DNA of 64,000 nucleotides. Source: an uncultured Bdellovibrionales bacterium (GTDB lineage: Bacteria; Patescibacteriota; Minisyncoccia; Moranbacterales; UBA9337). Below, piece after piece: positions 9,507 to 20,257 of this stretch. The DNA is taken from assembly GCA_964605525.1 (NCBI GenBank), contig CAZSCV010000002.1, positions 69,888-133,887 on the forward strand, in the 5' to 3' direction. Below the pieces are notes generated by a model, which was not told the DNA's origin, did no database searches, and worked only from the letters and a program-made list of their open reading frames with translations. Position 1 is the stretch's first letter. Each line of letters opens with the position of its first letter. The position numbers and the translations under genes were made by a program.

Positions 9507-10814
9507 ATGGAAAAATTAAAAAATAGTGAAGAAAAAAATGATATTGTTTCGCAATACCGCGAGGATGATTATGAAAGCGGGGAAAAAATAAATGCTCAAA
9601 AAAGAGGCTTGAGAAATAAGTTTTTTATTGGCGCTGTTTTAGTTGTTGTTGTTTCTTCTTTTTTTGGGGCATCGTTCGGATTCGTTTCCGGCTTGATTGC
9701 GTCAAAATATCTAAACAAAAAAGAAGAAATCCAGAAAAATAATAATGAGAATAATATCCTTGGCGTGATGGATAATAATGAATCAGCTGTGATAAATGTG
9801 GTTGAAAAAGCAAATCCAAGCGTTGTGAGTATTGTGGTAACTAAGGATGTTCCGAAATTCCGCAGTTTTTTTGATAATCCTTTCGGTTTCGGTCCTTTTT
9901 CTTCTCCTTTTGAAAATAACAACAATGATGGCAGTTCGATGGAAAAACAAGAAGTGGGCGGAGGTTCTGGGTTTATCGTATCCGCCGATGGAACGATAGT
10001 TACGAATAAACATGTTGTGAGCGACAGTGAGGCGGAATACACAGCAATTACAAGCGATAATCAAGAATACAAAGCTAGCGTAATTGTGCGGCATCCCACG
10101 ATGGATATCGCGCTTTTGAAAATTGAAGGGAATGATTTTCCGGCGATTGATTTGGGAGATTCAATGAATTTAAAAGTCGGGCAATTTGCGGTTGCAATCG
10201 GAAATCCTCTCGGAGAATTCTCAAATAGTGTAAGTTTGGGAATAATTTCCGGATTGAAAAGGGATATTGTTGCCGGATCAACATTTGGTGGCGATGCGGA
10301 AAAACTTTCCGGTATTATTCAAACTGATGCGGCAATAAATCCGGGAAATTCAGGCGGACCACTTTTGGATTTAAGTGGAAAAGTTATCGGAGTTAATGTG
10401 GCAGTGGCGCAAGGAGCGGAAAATATAGGATTTGCTCTCCCAATTGAAGTTGTGAAAAAAACACTGGCCCAGATGAATGAAAACGGAAAAATATCCGTGC
10501 CTTTTCTTGGTGTCAGATATGCCTTGATTAATGAAAAAATAAAAAAAGATAATAATCTGCCATTTTCCTATGGAGCTTTGGTAGTGCGCGGAGAACAAAT
10601 TTCTGATTTGGCAGTATCTCCCGGATCCCCTGCTGACAAAGCGGGAATAGTCGAAAATGATATCATCCTTGAAATTAATAGTGAAAAAATTACAGAAGAA
10701 AAAACGCTCGCAGATATCATTTCTCAGTATGAAGTGGGCGAAGAAATTATTTTAAAAATTTGGCACAAAGGAGAGGATAAGGAGGTAAGAGTTAAATTGG
10801 AAGAAAAACAATAA
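9507..10814 (+). CDS. htrA: HtrA/DegP-family serine protease with PDZ domain
   Basis: [40 protein letters not shown]. Confidence 0.93.
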   Translation: MEKLKNSEEKNDIVSQYREDDYESGEKINAQKRGLRNKFFIGAVLVVVVSSFFGASFGFVSGLIASKYLNKKEEIQKNNNENNILGVMDNNESAVINVVEKANPSVVSIVVTKDVPKFRSFFDNPFGFGPFSSPFENNNNDGSSMEKQEVGGGSGFIVSADGTIVTNKHVVSDSEAEYTAITSDNQEYKASVIVRHPTMDIALLKIEGNDFPAIDLGDSMNLKVGQFAVAIGNPLGEFSNSVSLGIISGLKRDIVAGSTFGGDAEKLSGIIQTDAAINPGNSGGPLLDLSGKVIGVNVAVAQGAENIGFALPIEVVKKTLAQMNENGKISVPFLGVRYALINEKIKKDNNLPFSYGALVVRGEQISDLAVSPGSPADKAGIVENDIILEINSEKITEEKTLADIISQYEVGEEIILKIWHKGEDKEVRVKLEEKQ

Positions 10815-10824
10815 TATAAACTTT

Positions 10825-13437
10825 ATGAATATAAACAAATTTACAAGCAGAAGTCAGGAGGCTCTGCGGATGGCGCAAGAAAAAGCTTTGTCATATAACC
10901 AGCAACAAGTAGATGTCTTGCATCTGCTTGTTGTTTTAATCGGACAAAATGATTCGGTGGTTCCAGTTGTTTTCAGAAAGATGGAAATTAATATTGAGGA
11001 ACTTTCAATTTGGCTCACGGGGGAAATTGAGAAGCTTCCCAAAGCCCCAGGGGGAATAATCGGGCAGATTTTTGTCAGTCAAATGCTAGTTGAGGTTTTG
11101 GATCAAGCAGAAAAGGAAATGAGAATAATAAAAGACGAATTTATTTCTACCGAGCATCTTCTTTTGGCGATTTTGGCTGTTGGTAATACAGCCGGTAAAG
11201 AATTGGAGCGCAGGGGCGTGAGTCGAGAAAGAGTTTTAGAAATACTTTCTGAGGTTCGTGGCAGTCAAAAAGTCGATAGCCCGGAACCGGAAGGAAAATT
11301 CCAATCTTTGGAAAAATATGCAATCAATTTGACTCGCCTGGCAAAAGAAGAAAAGCTCGACCCTGTTATCGGAAGAGATACTGAAATCCGCAGGGTTATT
11401 CAGGTCTTAAGCCGAAGAACAAAAAATAATCCGGTTTTAATCGGAGAGGCGGGTACCGGAAAAACTGCCATCGTTGAAGGTCTGGCACAAAGAATCGTTT
11501 CTGGTGATATTCCGGAAAATCTTCGAGATAAGGAATTGATTAGTTTGGATTTGGGGGCGCTTTTAGCGGGAGCCAAATTTCGAGGAGAATTCGAAGAAAG
11601 ACTTAAGGCAATTTTGAAAGAAATTGAAAGTTCATCCGGAAGGTATATTGTTTTTATCGATGAGTTGCATACGCTGGTGGGGGCGGGAGCTGCTGATGGA
11701 GCGCTGGATGCGTCAAATATGCTCAAACCTGTGCTTGCGCGCGGTAAAATGAAAACAATCGGAGCAACTACAACTAAGGAGTATCAAAGATATATCGAAA
11801 AAGATGCCGCTTTGGAAAGAAGATTCCAGCCGGTTCAAGTTCTGGAGCCTTCCATTGAAGATGCGGTAGCTATTTTGCGCGGCATTAAAGAAAAATATGA
11901 AATCCATCACGGAGTAAAAATTACCGACGAGGCAATTTTGGCGGCGGTTAATCTGTCGGTTAGATATATTAGCGATCGTTTTTTGCCGGACAAGGCAGTT
12001 GATTTAATTGATGAAGCGGCTTCTTCCTTGAAAATAGAAATTGATTCAATGCCGGCAGAAATTGATCAGATGGAAAGAGATATCCGTCGCTTGGAAATTG
12101 AGAGAAAGGGATTGGAAAAAGAAAAAGACGGAAAGAATCGAAAAAAAATCAGCGTTATTGCCAAAGAACTGGCCAATCTTCAAGAAAAATCAAAGAAAAT
12201 AAGCTTGCAATGGAAATCGGAAAGAGATCTCATTATGATTATTCGAAAGCAAAAAAAGGAAGTTGAACGCCTCAAATCGGAAGCGGATGTTTTGGAAAGG
12301 CAAGGGCAATTGGATAAGGTTGCTGAAATCCAGTATGGAAAAATTCCGGAAATTGAAAAAAAGATAAAGCAAGAAGGTATAAAATTAAATCATATTCAAA
12401 AAGATGGTGGGATGCTCAAGGAAGAAATAGATGCAAATGATATCGCAAAAGTAGTTTCCCAATGGACGAATATTCCGGCTTCGAAAATGCTTCAAGGCGA
12501 GGTGGAAAAATTAATTAATGCAGAAAAGGAATTGGGAAAAAGAGTCGTTGGACAGGAGGAGGCGATAATCTCCGTGTCTAACGCGATCAGGAGGTCGAGG
12601 GCGGGTATTGCGGAAGAAAACAGACCGATTGGTTCATTTATATTCCTAGGTCCCACTGGTGTCGGAAAAACCGAGTTGGCAAAATCTTTAACCGAGTTGC
12701 TTTTTAATGACGAAAAATCATTAGTCAGATTGGATATGAGCGAATATATGGAATCTCATTCGGCGGCGAAAATTATCGGTTCTCCTCCCGGTTATGTTGG
12801 ATATGAAGAAGGAGGACAGTTGACGGAAATTATTAGAAGAAAACCTTTCAGTGTTATTTTATTTGATGAAATTGAAAAAGCTCATCCCCAAGTTTTCAAC
12901 ATACTTTTGCAAATTCTTGATGATGGTCGGCTTACAGATGCAAAAGGTCGGATGGTAAATTTCAAAAATACGGTAATAATAATGACTTCCAATATCGGAT
13001 CGGATTTGATTTATCAAATGCAGGAGGTTGGATTTAGGCATGGAAAGAAAAAAAACAAAGTAGATGAAAAAGAGATACGTGAAAAGATAATGCAGAATTT
13101 GCGCAGCAATTTTAAGCCGGAGTTCTTGAATCGTCTTGATGATATCATAATTTTCCATCCATTGGATAAAAAAATATTGGAAAAAATCGTAAGTATACAA
13201 CTTAAAAAGGTCCAAAAAAGGCTGGGAGAGAAGAATATTGTTATTAACTTTTCTGACGAGGTAAAAAAATATCTCACCGAAAAAGGCTATGATCCGGTCT
13301 ACGGAGCAAGGCCCTTGAAACGGGTTATTCAAACTGAAATTTTGAATGAGTTGGCACTTTGGATAATTGAGGGTAAGATAAAGGAGGGAGCAGTTGTAAA
13401 TGCGAAATTTGCGAAAGGTCGGATAATTTTCCAATAA
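10825..13437 (+). CDS. clpB: ATP-dependent chaperone ClpB
   Basis: Clp N-domain, [15 protein letters not shown], long middle coiled coil, [15 protein letters not shown]. Confidence 0.96.
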   Translation: MNINKFTSRSQEALRMAQEKALSYNQQQVDVLHLLVVLIGQNDSVVPVVFRKMEINIEELSIWLTGEIEKLPKAPGGIIGQIFVSQMLVEVLDQAEKEMRIIKDEFISTEHLLLAILAVGNTAGKELERRGVSRERVLEILSEVRGSQKVDSPEPEGKFQSLEKYAINLTRLAKEEKLDPVIGRDTEIRRVIQVLSRRTKNNPVLIGEAGTGKTAIVEGLAQRIVSGDIPENLRDKELISLDLGALLAGAKFRGEFEERLKAILKEIESSSGRYIVFIDELHTLVGAGAADGALDASNMLKPVLARGKMKTIGATTTKEYQRYIEKDAALERRFQPVQVLEPSIEDAVAILRGIKEKYEIHHGVKITDEAILAAVNLSVRYISDRFLPDKAVDLIDEAASSLKIEIDSMPAEIDQMERDIRRLEIERKGLEKEKDGKNRKKISVIAKELANLQEKSKKISLQWKSERDLIMIIRKQKKEVERLKSEADVLERQGQLDKVAEIQYGKIPEIEKKIKQEGIKLNHIQKDGGMLKEEIDANDIAKVVSQWTNIPASKMLQGEVEKLINAEKELGKRVVGQEEAIISVSNAIRRSRAGIAEENRPIGSFIFLGPTGVGKTELAKSLTELLFNDEKSLVRLDMSEYMESHSAAKIIGSPPGYVGYEEGGQLTEIIRRKPFSVILFDEIEKAHPQVFNILLQILDDGRLTDAKGRMVNFKNTVIIMTSNIGSDLIYQMQEVGFRHGKKKNKVDEKEIREKIMQNLRSNFKPEFLNRLDDIIIFHPLDKKILEKIVSIQLKKVQKRLGEKNIVINFSDEVKKYLTEKGYDPVYGARPLKRVIQTEILNELALWIIEGKIKEGAVVNAKFAKGRIIFQ

Positions 13438-13452
13438 AATAACAATAACATT

Positions 13453-14190
13453 GTGTTTTTTCATTTTCAATCATTTATTTTTTCTCTGATTTTTGCATTA
13501 GGATTGGAACTTATTGCCTTAAAGCAAGAGTCGTTTTTTTACGTCTTGTTTTTCTTGATTTTTCTTTCGTTTTGGGCTAATCAAAAAATTTATCGGAAGA
13601 TTTCTTTCGCGGTTATTCCCATCCTTTTTTCACTGTCATCAATGCTGATGTTATATTTGATCGATCAAAGCGTTGAGAAACAAGTTTTCATCGCACTCAG
13701 TTTCTTTATGTATTATTTGACGTTTTTGAGCGCGTGTCGTATAAGAAGGTATAAATTGGACCAAACAGCGAGGGGATTGCTGGCGGCTTCCTTGATGGTG
13801 ACAATTTTTTTCTTTTATACTTCGGTTTATGGAGTTTATTTGAATTTTGCAATCTCGCTTTGGTTTTTAATGGCAGTTTTTTTAGTAGCAACTTTTCTGG
13901 CAAGCTACCAATATCTGGAAATAATCAATTTGGAAAAAATGTCAGTTTGGAAATATAGCGTAATATTGGGGTTGATTATGTCGGAAATTTCCTGGGTGGT
14001 AAATTTTTGGCCGTTTGGATATCTGACGACTGGCGTAATCCTGTTAATATTCTATTATATAATATGGGATATTATCCAGAGTTATTTCTTGAAATTGCTT
14101 TCCAAAAAAAGAGTTGTCGCGAATATGGTGTTTTTTAGTTTGTTAATAGGAATAATATTGCTTAGTTCAAGATGGCTTCCGAATGTTTAA
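13453..14190 (+). CDS. Multi-pass membrane protein (DUF5656-like)
   Basis: Highly hydrophobic; GLIMSEISWVVNFWP motif; GTG start. Confidence 0.7.
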   Translation: MFFHFQSFIFSLIFALGLELIALKQESFFYVLFFLIFLSFWANQKIYRKISFAVIPILFSLSSMLMLYLIDQSVEKQVFIALSFFMYYLTFLSACRIRRYKLDQTARGLLAASLMVTIFFFYTSVYGVYLNFAISLWFLMAVFLVATFLASYQYLEIINLEKMSVWKYSVILGLIMSEISWVVNFWPFGYLTTGVILLIFYYIIWDIIQSYFLKLLSKKRVVANMVFFSLLIGIILLSSRWLPNV

Positions 14191-14223
14191 GTCTAAATTT
14201 TAATTTAAATAATATTAAAAAAT

Positions 14224-15372
14224 ATGGATAATGAAACTGGTAATTCCGGAAAAAATAAATTCTTCAAATTTATTTTTCTAGTGGCAATGATTTTTGTAAT
14301 CGGTGGGGTGGGGGGTGCTTTTATCGACCGCTATCTTTTTCCTGAATTGTCCCAATATCCATTTTTTTCCAAATGTGCTTTTTTGCGCAAGGCAAATGAA
14401 AGCGTTACGATTATTGAAAAAACTGAACAGGTTATGGTAAAGGAAGATGATTCTATCCAGAAAATAATCTCCCGTCCAAGTTCCGGAATGGTCAATATCT
14501 TGTCTGTTGGAAAAGATGGAACAAGTAAAAATGGCTCAGGATTTGTAGTTGCCAGCGACGGCTTGATTATTACGTATGCGGATGCGATTTTAACAGACAG
14601 CGATTCATACAAAATTTTTATCTTTGACGGCTCTGAATATTCCGCTGATTTGGTTGGCATAGATAAGTATTCAAATTTGGCGTATTTCCGAATTCAGAAA
14701 TCAAACCTTCCGGTGGTTTCTTTTTCAAATTCCGACGAAATAAATATCGGAAAGAAAGTGATTCTTTTGGGAAATTCCAGTGCGGAGTATCAAAATCAAA
14801 TAAGCGCGGAAACCGTAAAGTCGTTTGAAAACAATTTTAATTTAGCAGGAAAGGCGATGTCTTTCTCTGACAAGCTTGAAGGAGTATTTGAAATTGGAGC
14901 GGAAGCTTCCGATCATTTTGTCGGCGGACCGGCAGTTGATTATAATGGCGACGTCATCGGCTTGATTGGAAAAATAAAAATCGATAATTCGAATAAATAT
15001 TTTATTATTCCTTCAAATGAAATCAACCGCTCAATAGATCTGATAATTGCAAAAAAAATCGATACACGGGCCACGTTGGGAATTTACTATATTTCCCTGA
15101 ATAAATCATATTCTTTCGCCAATGATATTAAACAGGAAAAAGGAGCATATATTTTTTCTCCATCCGGACGAAAAAGTCCGATGATTTTATCCGGTTCCAA
15201 AGGAGAGGAGGCAAAGTTTATGCTCGGGGATATTATTATTTCTGTCGATGGAAAAGAAATAAATTCCAACAACCCTTTGTCTGAAATCATCAGTCATTAC
15301 CAAATAGGAGAAAAAGCGAATTTTCATATTCTCCGGGCAGAAAAAGAAATGGACATTGAAGTAGTTTTCTGA
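14224..15372 (+). CDS. Degenerate S1C (HtrA-like) protease homologue with PDZ, probably inactive
   Basis: GSGFVVASDGLIIT retained, but TNxH is replaced by TYAD and GNSGG by HFVGG. Confidence 0.85.
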   Translation: MDNETGNSGKNKFFKFIFLVAMIFVIGGVGGAFIDRYLFPELSQYPFFSKCAFLRKANESVTIIEKTEQVMVKEDDSIQKIISRPSSGMVNILSVGKDGTSKNGSGFVVASDGLIITYADAILTDSDSYKIFIFDGSEYSADLVGIDKYSNLAYFRIQKSNLPVVSFSNSDEINIGKKVILLGNSSAEYQNQISAETVKSFENNFNLAGKAMSFSDKLEGVFEIGAEASDHFVGGPAVDYNGDVIGLIGKIKIDNSNKYFIIPSNEINRSIDLIIAKKIDTRATLGIYYISLNKSYSFANDIKQEKGAYIFSPSGRKSPMILSGSKGEEAKFMLGDIIISVDGKEINSNNPLSEIISHYQIGEKANFHILRAEKEMDIEVVF

Positions 15373-15394
15373 CGATTATTTGCCAAATAGCTGT

Positions 15395-15429
15395 AAAAAA
15401 ATCGCCCCAGCAGTGGAGCGATTTTTTTT
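15395..15429. terminator. Bidirectional terminator
   Basis: AAAAAAATCGC...GCGATTTTTTT between convergent genes. Confidence 0.75.
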
Positions 15430-15446
15430 ATGAAAGTTTTTTGCGG

Positions 15447-15749
15447 TTATTTCTTTTTTGGCTTGGCTTTCTTTTCTTCTTTTTTTGCGGTTTCTTTTGG
15501 CGCCTTTTTTTCTTTTTTGGCTTCGGCCGCTTCCGCTTTTTTGGCTGCTGATTTTTCTGCTAATTTCTTGAAACGGTCAACTCGTCCGGTAGTGTCTATG
15601 GTTTTTTTCTTTCCGGAAAAAAACGGATGGCAACTGGAGCAAATTTCAACTTCCATATTTTTGACAGTCGCACCGGCTTCCAAAACCGCTCCGCAAGCGC
15701 AAGTAATCTTGGCATCAGTGAAGTATTTCGGATGTATGTTCTTTTTCAT
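15447..15749 (-). CDS. rpmE: 50S ribosomal protein L31 with Lys/Ala/Glu-rich tail
   Basis: MKKNIHPKY...CACG...[13 protein letters not shown]...GRVDRF. Confidence 0.97.
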   Translation of the reverse strand: MKKNIHPKYFTDAKITCACGAVLEAGATVKNMEVEICSSCHPFFSGKKKTIDTTGRVDRFKKLAEKSAAKKAEAAEAKKEKKAPKETAKKEEKKAKPKKK

Positions 15750-15812
15750 GATTTTTTAGATGAAAATTATTAGTTTTTAATTACCCAAATAGACTAGCAT
15801 AAAGATTTACAA

Positions 15813-15840
15813 TTGACAAGGGTCCCGTATCTGCTATACT
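15813..15840 (+). promoter_or_regulatory. sigma70 promoter of rpsB-tsf
   Basis: TTGACA-16 bp-TATACT with TGn extension. Confidence 0.75.
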
Positions 15841-15849
15841 GTTAGACAT

Positions 15850-15975
15850 GCCCGCGTGCGGGCAAATATACATATTTTCCCTTAATCTCTTCCTGTTTAG
15901 CGGCCCCGAGTGGCGCTGAATGTGAGATTGTAAACAAGGGATTATAGACGTTTTTCTTGGAATTTTCCAAGAAAA
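15850..15975 (+). promoter_or_regulatory. Structured rpsB 5' leader
   Basis: Hairpins GCCCGC/GCGGGC, CCCTT-AATCTC...GAGATT...AAGGG, TTTTCTTGGAA/TTCCAAGAAAA; structured autoregulatory leaders are established for rpsB. Confidence 0.5.
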
Positions 15976-16000
15976 TTAATTAATTTAAAAAAGGAAAAAA

Positions 16001-16774
16001 ATGACCACAAAGGAAAAAAAGGCCGAAAAGGCTATTCAAGACGAGAGCGTCAAAGAAGCAAAAAAAACAACCAGTGATTTTTTTGCTGATTTTAATTTGG
16101 GAGAGTTGAAAATGAGTATGGAAGAAATGCTCAAAGCGGGAGTTCATTTCGGACACAAAAAAGCCAGAAAGGATCCGCGGATGGAAGAATATATTTATGG
16201 AACCAAAAAAGGCGTAAATATCATCGATTTGCAGGCGACTCAAGAAAATTTGGAACGGGCGCTGGCGTTTATTGAAGATATCAAGAAAAGCGGAAAGAAA
16301 ATTCTTTTTATCGGAACAAAGAAGCAATCCCGAGATCTCGTAAAATCAGCCGCGAAAAGATGCCAGATGCCATATGTTATCGAAAGATGGCTCGGAGGGA
16401 CATTTACCAATTTTTCAAACATAAAGAAAAGAACTCGATATTTGAAAGATCTTGAAGGTCAAATTGAATCAGGAGAATTGAAAAAATATACCAAATTCGA
16501 ACAATCAAAGAAAAAGGAAGAAGCGGAAAAACTTGAACGAAGAATGGGAGGAATAAAAGAAATGACGGAATTGCCGGCAGCAATTTTTGCAACGGATGTG
16601 AATGAAGACAGTCTTGCAATTCGTGAAGCGATAAAAATGGGCATTCCAGTTGTTGCTTTGGTGGATACCAATGTCAATCCCGCTCAGGCCAATTATCCTA
16701 TTCCATCTAATGATGACGCGGTTTCATCTTTAAAATTGATGCTTGGATATGTTTGCCGGGTGCTGGAAAAATAG
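16001..16774 (+). CDS. rpsB: 30S ribosomal protein S2
   Basis: MLKAGVHFGH, ILFIGTKKQ, RWLGGTFTNF, VDTN, IPSNDDA. Confidence 0.98.
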   Translation: MTTKEKKAEKAIQDESVKEAKKTTSDFFADFNLGELKMSMEEMLKAGVHFGHKKARKDPRMEEYIYGTKKGVNIIDLQATQENLERALAFIEDIKKSGKKILFIGTKKQSRDLVKSAAKRCQMPYVIERWLGGTFTNFSNIKKRTRYLKDLEGQIESGELKKYTKFEQSKKKEEAEKLERRMGGIKEMTELPAAIFATDVNEDSLAIREAIKMGIPVVALVDTNVNPAQANYPIPSNDDAVSSLKLMLGYVCRVLEK

Positions 16775-16811
16775 TTATTGGCAAAAAATAAAAATTAAGA
16801 AGTGAAAAAAT

Positions 16812-17393
16812 ATGAGTTTGGAATTAGTAAAAAAAATAAGAGAAAAAACAGGAGCAGGAATGGTTGATATTAAAAATGCTATTGATGAGGCAGGCGGGAA
16901 TGAAGAGAAGGCGATTGAAATTTTGCGAAAGAAAGGGCAAAGCAAGGCAGCGAAAAAATCAGGACGCCAGGTAAAGGAAGGAATTATTGCTTGCTATATT
17001 CATTCAAATGGAAAAATCGGATCAATGGTGAAATTATATTGTGAAACTGATTTTGTCGCGCGCAATGAAGAATTTGTGAATCTGGCAAAGGATATCGCAA
17101 TGCATATTAGCGCAATGGATCCGAAGTTTTCTTCTCCCGAAGAAGTGCCGGCAGAACTTGTCGCGAAAGAAAGAGATATTTGGAATGAACAAATGAAAGG
17201 AGAAAATAAGCCTGAAGATATTTTGAAAAAAATTCTCGAAGGAAAAGAAAAGAAATTCCGGGAAGAAATGTCGCTTTTAACACAATCATTCATCAAGCAG
17301 CCGGAAAAGTCCGTCGGCGAACTGGTAAATGAAAAAATTGGTAAAATAGGAGAAAATATTCAGATCGGAGAGTTCGTTCGTTATGAAATGTAG
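16812..17393 (+). CDS. tsf: Elongation factor Ts (short form)
   Basis: VKKIREKTGAGMVD, CETDFVARN, IAMHI. Confidence 0.97.
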   Translation: MSLELVKKIREKTGAGMVDIKNAIDEAGGNEEKAIEILRKKGQSKAAKKSGRQVKEGIIACYIHSNGKIGSMVKLYCETDFVARNEEFVNLAKDIAMHISAMDPKFSSPEEVPAELVAKERDIWNEQMKGENKPEDILKKILEGKEKKFREEMSLLTQSFIKQPEKSVGELVNEKIGKIGENIQIGEFVRYEM

Positions 17394-17424
17394 GCATTTT
17401 TTTTTGGTAACCTCAAATTGAACT

Positions 17425-18201
17425 ATGTTTAAATATCTAGTTAAGCTGTATGATTGGGAAAATCCCCGGCTTTGTTCCAGTAGCGCTGAATTTTCTACCG
17501 GAGATAAGGTGATAGTCAGTTCTGATTTTGGAAATGATCTAGGTGTGATTTTTGATTCCAAAGTTGAAACAAAAGACGAGCCGACAAATGCCATCGTGCG
17601 AAAAGCCACACCTCGAGATCTCGAAGTTTTCAATGAAAACGGCAGGAAAAAAGTGGAAATCATCAAGACCTGCCAAGAGGAAATTCACAAAGAAAAACTT
17701 GAAATGAAATTGATTGACGCGCATATTACTTTAGGCAAAGGTAATATTCTTATTGTCTTTACGGCAGATGGAAGAGTTGATTTTCGCGATTTGGTAAAAA
17801 ATCTTTCAGGTTCTTTCCATCGAAGCGTGAGGATGCAGCAAATCGGTTCACGGGATGAGGCCAGGAAACTTGGGGGATGCGGTATCTGCGGAAAAGAACT
17901 TTGTTGTACACGTTTTTCCGGAAACTTGCCAAGTATCTCAACCGAAATGGCAAAAATTCAGCAGATTTCCCATCGCGGGTCAGATCGAATATCCGGACTT
18001 TGCGGTCGATTGATGTGCTGTCTTTCATATGAAGTGGATCAATACCGGGAATTATTAAAAGGTATGCCTGAAATGCATAGTATCGTTAAGACGGAAAAAG
18101 GAAAAGGGCTGGTTATTGAAATAAACGCACTGATTCAGAAAATAAAAATAAAGTTGGATGACGGGCAAATAATAACTGTTGAAAAAAAAGAAATAAAATA
18201 A
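17425..18201 (+). CDS. ricT: PSP1/RicT (YaaT) family Fe-S protein
   Basis: FTADGRVDFRDLVK, QIGSRDEA, GGCGICGKELCC, SGLCGRLMCCLSYE. Confidence 0.9.
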   Translation: MFKYLVKLYDWENPRLCSSSAEFSTGDKVIVSSDFGNDLGVIFDSKVETKDEPTNAIVRKATPRDLEVFNENGRKKVEIIKTCQEEIHKEKLEMKLIDAHITLGKGNILIVFTADGRVDFRDLVKNLSGSFHRSVRMQQIGSRDEARKLGGCGICGKELCCTRFSGNLPSISTEMAKIQQISHRGSDRISGLCGRLMCCLSYEVDQYRELLKGMPEMHSIVKTEKGKGLVIEINALIQKIKIKLDDGQIITVEKKEIK

Positions 18202-19007
18202 TGTCTTACTTATATTTAATTATTCCACCGGTTGTAATTATTATCAGTTTGTCAATTCTGCTTGTTTTGGTGTCTCGTCGATCTGGAAAAATCCTTGCGG
18301 AAAAAGAAAGAGGGGAAGGCGGTGGCATGACGGATGGAAATGGGAAAAGAAAGAGCGCCCTGGAGAATGGAGCGAGTGGATTTAATCGGTTTTTTTTACG
18401 CATATTGGAAAAGGTTGCCCATAATTTCAAAATTTTTTCATTAAAAATCCACAATTTGGTTGAAATATGGTTGCATAATATCAAAGAAAAAAGAGCAAGA
18501 ACCCAAAAGGAGTCTGTGATTAAAGAAAATCGCGAAGAAAAGATGATCAAAGATGGAAGCGTTTCTGCTTATCGGGGCGCAGAGGTGAAATCCGCGAAAA
18601 AAATGATGAGTTTTTCCAGATTTGGAAGAATAACAAAAGACGCGGTAATGGAATCACCAAAAGGAATGGTTATAAATGAGATAAGAAAAGAAAAAAAGGA
18701 CGCTAAGGAAATTTTCGTGCAATCGGAAGAGAAAAGAGCCAAGGGACCAATGGTTAGCCGAGCGGCGGTCTATCCTGAAGCGGTTAAAATGGAAAGAAAA
18801 GATGAATTGGAGGAAATTTTGATTGAAAGAATTGCATCAGATCCCCGGGATGTGGAAGCGTATGAGCGGTTGGGGGATTATTACTATGACCGAAGAAATA
18901 CCCGGGACGCGGTTGATTGTTATAAGCAAGTATTGAAGCTCAGTCCGGTTAATCGGGCGATCCGGGTGAAACTGCGGAGAGCAGAAAGAAGCCTCCGGAG
19001 CCTATGA
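18201..19007 (+). CDS. Membrane-anchored protein with C-terminal TPR
   Basis: N-terminal TM; DPRDVEAYERLGDYY...AVDCYKQVLKLSP. Confidence 0.85.
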   Translation: MSYLYLIIPPVVIIISLSILLVLVSRRSGKILAEKERGEGGGMTDGNGKRKSALENGASGFNRFFLRILEKVAHNFKIFSLKIHNLVEIWLHNIKEKRARTQKESVIKENREEKMIKDGSVSAYRGAEVKSAKKMMSFSRFGRITKDAVMESPKGMVINEIRKEKKDAKEIFVQSEEKRAKGPMVSRAAVYPEAVKMERKDELEEILIERIASDPRDVEAYERLGDYYYDRRNTRDAVDCYKQVLKLSPVNRAIRVKLRRAERSLRSL

Positions 19008-19076
19008 TGCGCAAAGTTTGATTTTATCCGCAATACGTGTATAATAAAGAAGTTTTGAGCGGATATTTTAATTAAT

Positions 19077-19149
19077 GCCACCTTAGCTCAGCTGGTAGAG
19101 CGGCTGTTTTGTAAACAGCGGGTCGTCGGTTCAAGTCCGGCAGGTGGCT
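19077..19149 (+). tRNA. tRNA-Thr(TGT)
   Basis: Cloverleaf: acceptor GCCACCT/AGGTGGC, anticodon arm GCTGT-TTTGTAA-ACAGC, GGTTCAAGTCC; no encoded CCA. Confidence 0.97.
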
Positions 19150-19176
19150 CAGGGTTGAAAATTGAATAGATAAAAT

Positions 19177-19259
19177 GGGTCGGTGGCAGAGCGGTCAAAT
19201 GCATCAGACTGTAAATCTGACGTCTTCGGACTTCGGGGGTTCGATTCCCTCCCGGCCCA
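19177..19259 (+). tRNA. tRNA-Tyr(GTA)
   Basis: Acceptor GGGTCGG/CCGGCCC, TCAGA-CTGTAAA-TCTGA, long variable arm GTCTTCGGAC, GGTTCGATTCC. Confidence 0.97.
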
Positions 19260-19359
19260 CTTCGACTTATTGAGTAAATTAGGATCAAGTCGATAGACTA
19301 GTTATGTTTCACAATGGAGTAGATTTTTTATTGTATCTTTTTGTGCTAATATAGTTTAC

Positions 19360-19950
19360 ATGAAGATAACAAAAGAAAAATTAGAACATTATTATTTTGC
19401 AAAAAAAATGTCGGTCAAAGAAATGACTAATGTTTTTATAAGAAGTGAAACATGTATTAGTTATTGGATGAAAAAATATGGAATAAAGAAAAGAACGATA
19501 AGCGAATCTGTATATTTAAAAAATAATCCGAATGGTGATCCATTTAAGATAAGGAAGGATTTAAACAGTGAGTTGACGGAATTAAAAGGAATAGGTATAG
19601 GGTTATATTGGGGTGAGGGAAACAAACGAAATAAAAATTCTATAAAAATTGGGAATACTGACCCAGCGTTAATAAAAAAATTTATAGAATTTTTAGTAAA
19701 AATTTTAGGAGTAAAAAGAAAAAATATACGTTTTTCTTTGCAGGTTTTTAGTGATATGAATTCAGAAAAAGCCAAGAGATATTGGTTAGAAGAATTAAAA
19801 GTTGACCCTGCGCAATTTTCAAAAAAAATAACCATAACTCATTCCGGAAAAGTCGGTAATTATAAAAGAAAAACGCAATACGGTGTTCTCACGATGTATT
19901 ATCACAATACAAAGTTGAGAAATATTTTAATTGCAATGTTGCCGTTGTAG
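19360..19950 (+). CDS. HTH plus single-motif LAGLIDADG-like endonuclease; stop codon lies inside tRNA-Thr(GGT)
   Basis: N-terminal HTH-like segment, GIGLYWGEG, IKIGNTDPALIKKFIEFL, YGVL; very AT-rich. Confidence 0.75.
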   Translation: MKITKEKLEHYYFAKKMSVKEMTNVFIRSETCISYWMKKYGIKKRTISESVYLKNNPNGDPFKIRKDLNSELTELKGIGIGLYWGEGNKRNKNSIKIGNTDPALIKKFIEFLVKILGVKRKNIRFSLQVFSDMNSEKAKRYWLEELKVDPAQFSKKITITHSGKVGNYKRKTQYGVLTMYYHNTKLRNILIAMLPL

Positions 19951-20214
19951 CTCAGTTGGTAGAGCACATCCATGGTAAATTAAAAACTGCCCATTGATTA
20001 GGAAACTTTTCATTGAATCCCGAATAACGGTTAAAGACCTAGCACGAGGTTCAGACCGTGGCGAAATTTTCGCCCGAACGACTGACAAGGGGGACTAAGT
20101 CTTTGGAATACATTGATATGTTCAATATACAGTCTAGTTCTCTTATATAGGTGTTTTAAAAAAAAGAGATAGCAATGAAGGATGAGGTCCGCGGTCCGAT
20201 TCCGCGCAACGGCT
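19941..20214 (+). tRNA. tRNA-Thr(GGT) split by an intron (exons 19941-19976 and 20178-20214)
   Basis: Joined exons give a 73-nt cloverleaf: GCCGTTG/CAACGGC, CATCC-ATGGTAA-GGATG, CGCGG-TCCGATT-CCGCG. Confidence 0.93.
19977..20177 (+). ncRNA. Group I intron, 201 nt, no ORF
   Basis: 5' exon ends in U and intron ends in G; P4 ACGGT(20027)/ACCGT(20055), P5 GACCT/AGGTT, P6 GGCGAA/TTCGCC, P7 GACTG(20080)/CAGTC(20130) preceded by AATATA, P9 TCTCTT/AAGAGA. Confidence 0.9.
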
Positions 20215-20257
20215 CAGAGGAAGGTAAATATGTTAATATGTTAAAATGTAAAATATT

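Noticed and set aside
15430-15759. Phe-rich plus-strand ORF
   Set aside because: Antisense to rpmE.
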